Below, piece after piece: positions 56,922 to 64,000 of a stretch of DNA of 64,000 nucleotides. Below the pieces are notes generated by a model that saw only the letters and a program-made list of their open reading frames with translations, searched no databases and was not told where the DNA came from. The position numbers and the translations under genes were made by a program. The DNA lies in NCBI GenBank assembly GCA_963776245.1, contig CAVZLN010000008.1, positions 64,001-128,000 on the forward strand, read 5' to 3'. How positions within the stretch are numbered: position 1 is the stretch's first letter; every line of letters starts with the position of its first letter. This stretch comes from Candidatus Eiseniibacteriota bacterium. GTDB lineage: Bacteria; Eisenbacteria; RBG-16-71-46.

Positions 56922-57968
56922 TCACTTCAGGTGCTTCGCGAGGAACGCCCAGATCTCCTTGCGCGCGGTGCGCCCGTAGGCGGTGTCGATGCGGTCGAAG
57001 CGAGTGCCCGCCGGGCGCGTCGGTGTAGATCTTGTACTCGAACTTCTTGTCCGCCGCCTTGAGCTCGGCGATCAGGTGCTCGACCTCGACCACGTTCACG
57101 TCGCGGTCGTTGGTGGTGGTGTGGATGAGCAGCGGCGTGCGCAGCTTGGCGGCGTTCCACGCCGGCGAGCGCTTGCGGTACTCCTCCACGCTCTGGTTCG
57201 CGGTCTTGCCGAGGTGGTAGGGCGCGGAGAACTCCTCGCGGTAGTCGTCGGTCAGGTAGCCCATGCGGGCGATCAGGTCCGAGACCGGCACGCCCGCGAA
57301 GCACACCGCGAACTTCTCCGGGTGGTCGAACACCGCCATCAGCGCGATCAGCCCGCCGTGGCTCCAGCCCACGACGCCGACGCGGCCGCCGTCCACGAAC
57401 GGCAGGGTCTCCACCGCCCAGTCGCGCGCCGCGATGCAGTCGTCGATCTCGAGGCCGCCGTAGTCGATGGCCTCCTGGAAATCGCGGCCGTAGCCCGGTC
57501 GAGCCGCGGTACTCGGGTGCGACCACCACGTAGCCCTGCTCCATCAGCTCGCGGATGATGTGGGTGTGATAGGTGGTGAAGTCGGCGTGCACCCCGCCGT
57601 GCGGCAGCACCAGCAGCGGCGCCTTGCCGCGGCGGTCGAACTTCTTCGGCACGAACACGTAGGACCAGAACTTGAGCGGATGGCGCTCGTTGGCGATGCC
57701 GTAGGTCGCGGTGCCCTTCGGGTTCGGCGGCCCGGTGATGTACACCTTGTCGATGATCGGCCACGTCGCCGACGCGCGCGAACCACAGCACGTCGTCGAC
57801 CGCCTTCATGAGCTGGTCGTTCGCGTAACCGGCGGCGTCGAGCCGGCCCTCGATGGCCTTGAGCCGCGCTTCGATGTCGCCGGAAGGCGCGTCGGCCGCA
57901 TGGGTGGGCACGGCGGCGGCGAGCAGCGCGGCCGCCATCAGGGCGACGGGCAGGAATGGGGCACGCAT
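56922..57968 (-). CDS. Exported S9/prolyl-oligopeptidase-family hydrolase (indels ~57.0, 57.49, 57.76 kb)
   Basis: Signal peptide; PHGGVH, PEYRGSTG, GWSHGG nucleophile elbow, NDRDV, GGHS. Confidence 0.85.
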
Positions 57969-58190
57969 GGCGTCCTCCGAGGACCTCGGTTGGCTGGGGA
58001 TCCGCACGGCGCGCGAGCCTACCCCCGCTCCCACCGGACGCACCAGCCGGAAGAGCGCGGAACGCTCGCGCACCCGACGGACGGAGCGGTCCGAGCGACG
58101 GACGCGGCGGGGCGGCTCGTGACCCGTGAGCCGCGGCGCTGCTATCCTGCCGGACGCATCCACTCCTCGACGACCCTCCGGAGCCCATTC

Positions 58191-59420
58191 ATGACCACCG
58201 CCGCATCCGACCACGATCCGCTGCATGGCTTCGCGCTCGCCCCCGGGTTCCAGTCGCGCGCGACCACCTGCGGGCTCAAGGCCAGCGGACGGCCCGACCT
58301 GGCGATGGTGTGGAGCGACTCGCCATGCGCCGCCGCCGGAGTGTTCACCACCTGCCGTGTGCCGGCCGCGCCCGTGCTGTTCGACCGCGAGGTGCTGCGC
58401 ACCAACGCCGCGGGGGTGCGCGCGGTGATCGCCAACTCGGGCTGCGCCAACGCGTGCACTGGCGAACGCGGGATGGCGGACGCGCGCGCCATGGCCGCGC
58501 TCGCCGCCGCCGCGGTGGGGGCCAGCGCCGCCGATGTGCTCGTGCTCTCGACCGGCGTGATCGGCGTGCCCCTCGACATGGAGAAGGTGGCGCGCGGCGT
58601 GACCGCGCTCTTCGCGCCGGGCGCGCCGGACGCGCCGGCCGCCGTGGTGCGCGCCATCATGACCACCGACACGCGTCCCAAGGTCGCCGCGGCCGACGTC
58701 GCGGTGAACGGGCGCGCCGTGACGGTGCGCGGGTTCGCGAAGGGCGCCGGGATGATCCATCCCGACATGGCGACCATGCTGGCCGTGGTCACCACCGATG
58801 TCGCGTCCGATCCCGCCACCCTCCAGCGGCTGCTCGCCGCCGCGGTCGCGCGCTCGTTCAACCGCATCAGCGTGGACGGCGACATGAGCACCAACGACAC
58901 CGTGCTCCTGCTCGCCGCGGGCGCCTCGGGCGCCCGCCTCGACCCCGCCGGCGAGCCGGCGTTCGCCGACGCGCTCGAGCAGGTGTGCGTCTCGCTGGCG
59001 CGCCAGATCGCGCGCGACGGCGAGGGCGCCACGCGTCTGGTCGAGGTCACGGTCACCGGGGCGGTGGCCGAGCGCGACGCGCACGCGGTGGCCGACGCCA
59101 TCGCGCGCTCGCTGCTGGTGAAGACCGCCATCCATGGCGGCGATCCCAACTGGGGCCGCGTGCTCGCCGCCGCCGGCGCGGCCGGCGTGCACCTCGAGCC
59201 GGCACGGCTGGCGCTGGCGTTCGGCCCGGCCGGCGAGGCGGTGCGCGTGGTGGAGCGCGGCACGCGCGCCGCCTACGACGAGCGCGCCGCGGCCGAGCGC
59301 CTGCGCCGCGACCCGGTCACGCTCCAGCTCGACCTCGGGCTCGGCGGCGCCGCCGCCACCGTGTGGACCTGCGATCTCAGCGCCGAGTACGTCTCGATCA
59401 ACGCCGAATACACCACCTGA
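58191..59420 (+). CDS. argJ: Bifunctional ornithine acetyltransferase / N-acetylglutamate synthase
   Basis: ANSGCANACTG, STGVIG, IMTTDT, KGAGMIHPDMATML, DGDMSTND, DGEGAT, DPNWGR, YVSINAEYTT. Confidence 0.96.
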   Translation: MTTAASDHDPLHGFALAPGFQSRATTCGLKASGRPDLAMVWSDSPCAAAGVFTTCRVPAAPVLFDREVLRTNAAGVRAVIANSGCANACTGERGMADARAMAALAAAAVGASAADVLVLSTGVIGVPLDMEKVARGVTALFAPGAPDAPAAVVRAIMTTDTRPKVAAADVAVNGRAVTVRGFAKGAGMIHPDMATMLAVVTTDVASDPATLQRLLAAAVARSFNRISVDGDMSTNDTVLLLAAGASGARLDPAGEPAFADALEQVCVSLARQIARDGEGATRLVEVTVTGAVAERDAHAVADAIARSLLVKTAIHGGDPNWGRVLAAAGAAGVHLEPARLALAFGPAGEAVRVVERGTRAAYDERAAAERLRRDPVTLQLDLGLGGAAATVWTCDLSAEYVSINAEYTT

Positions 59421-59461
59421 GCGCGGGCCCGCGCCCGCGCGCGAAAGGAGTGCCGAACCCC

Positions 59462-60727
59462 ATGGCCACCCACCTCGAGCAGCGGCGCGCGCGCGTCGCC
59501 GCCGCCTGGGCGCTCACCGACGAGATCGTGCTGGTGGGCGCCGGCGAGCCGCTCCCGATCCCCGGCGGAGCCGACCAGACCTATCCCTTCCTCGCGCACG
59601 CCGAGTACTTCTGGCTCACCGACACCGAGTGCGTGGGCGGGGTGGTGGCGTACGATCCGAAGTCGGGCTGGGTGGACTTCGTGCCCCCGGTCACCGAGGA
59701 CGAGCGCGTGTGGGAAGGCAAGGCCGACGTGCAGGGCGTGCCGGTGCACGAGCTCCCGGCATGGCTGCACGCGCGGCGCGGTCGCCCGCTGCGGAACCTC
59801 GGCAGCGCGCTGGCCGGCATCCCGGCCGGCGGCGCGCGCGTGGACGAACTGCGCGACGCGCTCTCGCACGCGCGGCGCCCCAAGGACTCAGTGGAGCTCG
59901 ACCGCATGCGGCGGGCCGCCGCGGCCACGGTCGCGGGATTCGAGAAGGTGAAGGGCCTGATCCGCCCCGGCGTGACCGAGCGCGCGCTCCAGGTGGAACT
60001 GGAGGCCGAGTTCTTCCGCCACGGCGGCGAGCGCACCGCCTACGGCACCATCGTGGGCGCGGGCTCGAACTCCGCCGTGCTCCACTTCAGCCCCTCCGAC
60101 CGCGTGGTGAAGGACGGCGACGTGGTGCTGATCGACGCCGGGGCCGAGATCGGCCGCTACGCCAGCGACATCACCCGCACCTACCGCGCGGGCAAGGCCG
60201 ACGGATTCTACCGCGACCTCTACCAGGTGGTGCTCGGGGTCGAGGAGCGCGGCGTGGCGCGCTGCGTCAAGGGCGCCGAGTGGCGCGACATCCACCTGGC
60301 CGCGGCGCGAGAGATCGCCGAGGGGCTGCGCACGCTCGGCATCCTGCGCGGCGACGTCGAAGCGGCGATGGAGCGGGACGCGCACGCGCTGTTCTTCCCG
60401 CACGGTCTCGGCCACCTCGTCGGCCTCGGGGTGCGCGACGCCAGCGGCTACCTGCCGGGGCGCAAGCGCAGCACCCGGCCGGGGCTCAGCATGCTGCGCA
60501 CCGACCTGCCGCTCGAGCCGGGCTACACCATCACCGTGGAGCCGGGCATCTACTTCATCCCCGCCCTGCTGAACTCGCCCGAGCGCCGCGCCAAGCTCAA
60601 GGACGTGGTGGACTGGGCGAAGGTGGACACGCTGCTCGACTTCGGCGGCATCCGCATCGAGGACAACGTGCACGTCACCGAGGGCGCGCCCGAGGTGCTC
60701 ACCGGAGCGTTGTCGAAGGCGATGTAG
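59462..60727 (+). CDS. M24B Xaa-Pro aminopeptidase-like protein
   Basis: AVLH, LIDAG, YASDITRT, HGLGH, TVEPGIY, GGIRIED. Confidence 0.88.
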   Translation: MATHLEQRRARVAAAWALTDEIVLVGAGEPLPIPGGADQTYPFLAHAEYFWLTDTECVGGVVAYDPKSGWVDFVPPVTEDERVWEGKADVQGVPVHELPAWLHARRGRPLRNLGSALAGIPAGGARVDELRDALSHARRPKDSVELDRMRRAAAATVAGFEKVKGLIRPGVTERALQVELEAEFFRHGGERTAYGTIVGAGSNSAVLHFSPSDRVVKDGDVVLIDAGAEIGRYASDITRTYRAGKADGFYRDLYQVVLGVEERGVARCVKGAEWRDIHLAAAREIAEGLRTLGILRGDVEAAMERDAHALFFPHGLGHLVGLGVRDASGYLPGRKRSTRPGLSMLRTDLPLEPGYTITVEPGIYFIPALLNSPERRAKLKDVVDWAKVDTLLDFGGIRIEDNVHVTEGAPEVLTGALSKAM

Positions 60728-60800
60728 GGGGGGCGCGCCGGGCGGAAGCCGGTCGACGACGGGGCTCGCGCCCCGCCGCGCGGCGGGGCGCATCACCGCC

Positions 60801-62450
60801 TCATTCGCCCGCGATCGCGACCGGTCGATCCGCGGCGGCGTGGCCGGCCGGGGACTCGCGCGTCCGGTCGCGCAGGAAGAACGCCAGCGGGAGCAGCACC
60901 AGCATCGAGACGCCGGTGAGGTAGAACGTCTTCTCGAACGCGATCAGCGACGCCTGCCGCGCGACCGTGCCCTCGAGCGCCTGGATCGCCGCGGTGTGCG
61001 CGGAGGTGGCGTCCATGCCGCGGGCCATCAGGCCCTGGGTGATGCGCGCGAGCCGCTCGGCCACTTCGGGCCGGAACGGGTCCACGTGCGCGATCAGGGC
61101 GTTGCGCGCGCGGACCATGAACTGGGTGAGCAGGGTGCCGTAGATCGCGAGCCCCGCCGAGCCGCCGAACTGGCGCACCAGCGAGTTGATGCCGGTGGCG
61201 TCGGCGAGCTGCGTGCGCGGCACGTGGCTGAGCGCGACCGTGGTGAGCGGCACGAACAGGCACGAGAACCCGATGCCCTGCAGCACCAGCACGTGGATGA
61301 TGCCGACGTCGCTCGAGTCGAGGGTGAAGCGGCCCATCTCGATCGAGCCGAGGCCCACGCACGCCACCCCGATCGCCACCATGATCTGCGGCGGCACGCG
61401 GTTGTAGAGCCGGCCCACGATCGGCGTGCACACCATCATCACGATCGCCCGCGGCATCAGGGTGAGCCCCGCCTTGAGCGCCGTGAATCCCAGCATCTCC
61501 TGCATGAAGATCGGCAGCAGGAACATCCCAGCCATCAGGTTCGCGAACATGATGCTGCCGATCGCGGTGGCCGACGCGAACGTCGGGTCGCTGAACAGGC
61601 GCAACTGGACCGCGGGCGCGCGCGCGCGCAGCTCCTGGACGAGGAACCCCACGACCCCGACCACCGCGACGACCGCGGCGATGGTGATCTCGGGCGAATC
61701 GAACCAGTCGTTGCGATTGCCCTCTTCGAGGAAGTACTGGAGCGCCGAGAGCCCGACGCACAGGAGCACGATGCCCTGCCAGTCGAGGTCGCGCCGCATG
61801 ACTCCGGCCTGCGCGCGGTTGGCGGCGCGGATGTCCTCGGGCTCGTGGACGAAGCGGCTGGTCATGAGGATGCCGAGCAGGCCGATCGGGAGGTTGATGT
61901 AGAAGATCCACGGCCACGACCAGTTGTCGACGATCCACCCGCCGAGCGCCGGCCCGGCCGCCGGCCCGATCACCACCACCATCGCCACCACGGCCATCGC
62001 CATGCCCTGCTCGCGGGCCGGGAAGCTCTGGCGCAGGATCGCCATCTGGCTCGGCATGAGCACTCCGGCGCCGAGGCCCTGCAGGGTGCGGGCGGCCACC
62101 AGTTGCACCAGCGTGCGCGCCACGCCGCACAACATCGAGCCACCTATGAACAATCCGAGGCAGAATAGATAGACCCGCTTCTGGCCCAGGAAGCGTCCGA
62201 GGAACGCGGTGAGCGGCATGACGACCACCTGGGCGATCGCGAACGAGGTGGCGAGCGCGGTCATCTGGTCCACCGTGGCCCCGATCGAGCCGCGGATCTG
62301 GGGCAGCGCCACGTTCACGATCGAGAGGTCGATGGTCGCCATCAGGGCGCCGAGCGAGACCGACCCCGCGACCAGCCACTTGTTGTCGGGCCGGCCGAGT
62401 CCCGGCAGGCTGATCGGCCAGTCGCGCTTCTGAGCGGCGGTCGGACTCAC
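60801..62450 (-). CDS. DHA2 (EmrB/QacA) MFS efflux permease
   Basis: IDLSIVNVALP, ARTLQGLG, GPALGG, WPWIFYINLPIG, LEEGNRNDWF, RQFGGS. Confidence 0.92.
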   Translation of the reverse strand: MSPTAAQKRDWPISLPGLGRPDNKWLVAGSVSLGALMATIDLSIVNVALPQIRGSIGATVDQMTALATSFAIAQVVVMPLTAFLGRFLGQKRVYLFCLGLFIGGSMLCGVARTLVQLVAARTLQGLGAGVLMPSQMAILRQSFPAREQGMAMAVVAMVVVIGPAAGPALGGWIVDNWSWPWIFYINLPIGLLGILMTSRFVHEPEDIRAANRAQAGVMRRDLDWQGIVLLCVGLSALQYFLEEGNRNDWFDSPEITIAAVVAVVGVVGFLVQELRARAPAVQLRLFSDPTFASATAIGSIMFANLMAGMFLLPIFMQEMLGFTALKAGLTLMPRAIVMMVCTPIVGRLYNRVPPQIMVAIGVACVGLGSIEMGRFTLDSSDVGIIHVLVLQGIGFSCLFVPLTTVALSHVPRTQLADATGINSLVRQFGGSAGLAIYGTLLTQFMVRARNALIAHVDPFRPEVAERLARITQGLMARGMDATSAHTAAIQALEGTVARQASLIAFEKTFYLTGVSMLVLLPLAFFLRDRTRESPAGHAAADRPVAIAGE

Positions 62451-62759
62451 TCGCTTCCCCTCGTTCCGTGAACCATCCACGCGGCTGCCGCGCCCGCGCC
62501 TCCCAGCGCGACGGGCAGGATGGCGAGCATACGCTCGCCGGCGCGCGCGCTGCCACCCCGCGCATGAGGCTGGATGGGTGTGGGACGGGAACCCGCCGCG
62601 CGACCCGAGGCACGCGGTCGCTTGGCGCGGCATGCGGGCTGTCGCTATGCTGCGCTGCGCAGCAGGTGCGGCGTCCACGATGCCGCGCGAGCGTCCCGTG
62701 GGTTCGAGGAGTAGGGCCGCTGCACCCGTCGGGAAGGATGCAGCTCACACGGAGTCAGG

Positions 62760-64000
62760 TTGCAGACGCAGATCGCAGGGACGGTGCCCCGAGTGCGCCT
62801 CATGGGTGTGATCGGCCCGCTGGTCGCCGGGCTGGTGATCGCCGCGGGGCCGGTGTGGGCGGATGAGCCGCCGCCCGACGAGACTCCGCTGACGCTCGCC
62901 GCGGCGGTGGCGCGCGCCGCCGAGGCGACGCCGGCGGTCGAGATCGCCGCGCTGCGCCGGCAGGAGGCCGACGCCCGCCGCGGCCAGGCCCGCGCCGCCC
63001 TCACCCCCTCGCTCTCCGGCTCGGCGTTCGCGATCGAGCACACGTTCAGCACCCGGGCGATGGGATTCTCGTTCCCCGGCGTGCCGAACCTCGTGGGTCC
63101 GGTGGACGCCGTGGATGCCCGGTTGAGGGCCACCCAGACGCTGTTCGACGCGTCGTCCTGGATGCGGCTGCGAGCGAGCGGCCACGCGGTGGACGCCAGC
63201 CGGGCCGAGGCCGAGGGCACCGCCGAGACCGCGGCCCAGCAGGCCGCGCTGGCCTATGTGCGAGCGGCGCGCACCCAGGCCGTGGTCGGAGCGCGCCGCT
63301 CGGACCTCGAGCTGGCGCGCGCCCTGATGGGGCTCGCGCAGGAGCAGTCGAAGGCCGGCACCGCCGTGGCGATCGATCTCTCCCGCGCGCGCACCCAGGA
63401 GGCGGCGGCGCGGGGCGCGCTGCTGATCGCGAACAACCAGGCCGACCGCGCAGCGATCGACCTCGCCCGCGCGCTCGGGCTCGAACCCACGGCGCGGCTG
63501 GCGCTGGCGGACACGCTGGGTGCGACGCTCGGGGCCTCCGCGGTCCCGGAGGCGGCCGATTCCGCGGTCGCGCAGGCCCTCGTGCGGCGGCCCGAGCTGG
63601 CCGCCGAGCGGGCCCGCCGCGCGCGCGCGCGCGCCGACCTCGGGGCGATCACGGCCGAGCGGCTGCCGCGCCTCGACGTGAGCGCCGACTACGGGCTGAG
63701 TGGCGATCATCCGTCCGGCTCGATCCCCACCCGGCAGATCGCGGTGCAGGCGACCGTGCCGCTGTTCGACGGCCTGCGCCGCGAGCGGCGCGCCGCCGAG
63801 CAGAGCGCGATGGCCCGCGAGGCGGAGGTCCGGGTGCGCGACCTCGAGCGCCAGATCGCCGCCGAGGTGCGCTCGGCCGCGCTCGACCTGGGCGCCGGGC
63901 GCGAGCAGGAGTCGGTGGCGCTCGAGCGGGTCGGGCTGGCGGAGGAGGAACTGGCGCAGGCGCGCGAGCGGTTCGCGAGCGGGGTGGCCAGCAACATCGA
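62760..64000 (+). CDS. TolC-family outer-membrane efflux protein (partial, runs off window end)
   Basis: Open plus-strand frame with no stop (so absent from the ORF track): signal peptide, LTLAAAV, QTLFD, RRPEL, ERLPRL, VPLFDG, ERFASG. Confidence 0.85.
   Translation, partial: MQTQIAGTVPRVRLMGVIGPLVAGLVIAAGPVWADEPPPDETPLTLAAAVARAAEATPAVEIAALRRQEADARRGQARAALTPSLSGSAFAIEHTFSTRAMGFSFPGVPNLVGPVDAVDARLRATQTLFDASSWMRLRASGHAVDASRAEAEGTAETAAQQAALAYVRAARTQAVVGARRSDLELARALMGLAQEQSKAGTAVAIDLSRARTQEAAARGALLIANNQADRAAIDLARALGLEPTARLALADTLGATLGASAVPEAADSAVAQALVRRPELAAERARRARARADLGAITAERLPRLDVSADYGLSGDHPSGSIPTRQIAVQATVPLFDGLRRERRAAEQSAMAREAEVRVRDLERQIAAEVRSAALDLGAGREQESVALERVGLAEEELAQARERFASGVASNI

Noticed and set aside
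53905..57414. Apparent 1169-aa peptidase-decarboxylase fusion
   Set aside because: Created by indels. The peptidase has its own stop at 56922 and the decarboxylase its own GTG start at 56895.

Overview
High-GC bacterial chromosomal window with about 44 protein-coding genes. I saw no rRNA, tRNA, CRISPR array or transposase. Many genes carry single-base indels that look like long-read consensus errors. The mix of C-terminal sorting tails (T9SS/FlgD-type CTD, 'STWGxxKxxYR', IPTL-CTERM-like) suggests an FCB-related lineage such as Eisenbacteria or Krumholzibacteria (inference). Main blocks, in order: Ser/Thr kinase with a beta-propeller; a ~890-aa pure coiled-coil protein; a secreted LTD/PLD nuclease-like protein; a urate/allantoin catabolic cluster (puuD, allB, alc-uraD fusion, uraH, orphan aldolase/citrate-lyase-like gene); M14, M3, S9 and M24 peptidases; a SWIM-SNF2 helicase; a secreted STWG-tail protein behind a highly structured leader RNA; glnS; a sensor kinase and sigma54 activator followed by enhancer-like repeats, a sigma54 promoter and an IPTL-CTERM-like protein; speA; an OPT transporter; a B12 radical SAM enzyme; a CDF transporter; a catalytically degenerate PilB-like gene in an operon with pilT and pilU; an aceB-aceA-DUF299 operon with divergent ramB; msrA; an aromatic amino acid decarboxylase; argJ; an EmrB-type MFS transporter; and a TolC-family gene. 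The best novelty candidates are the pseudo-PilB/pilT/pilU operon, the structured leader RNA at 27.33-27.48 kb, the PrsK/PrsR-like module controlling an IPTL-CTERM protein, and a DUF299 kinase occupying the aceK position.
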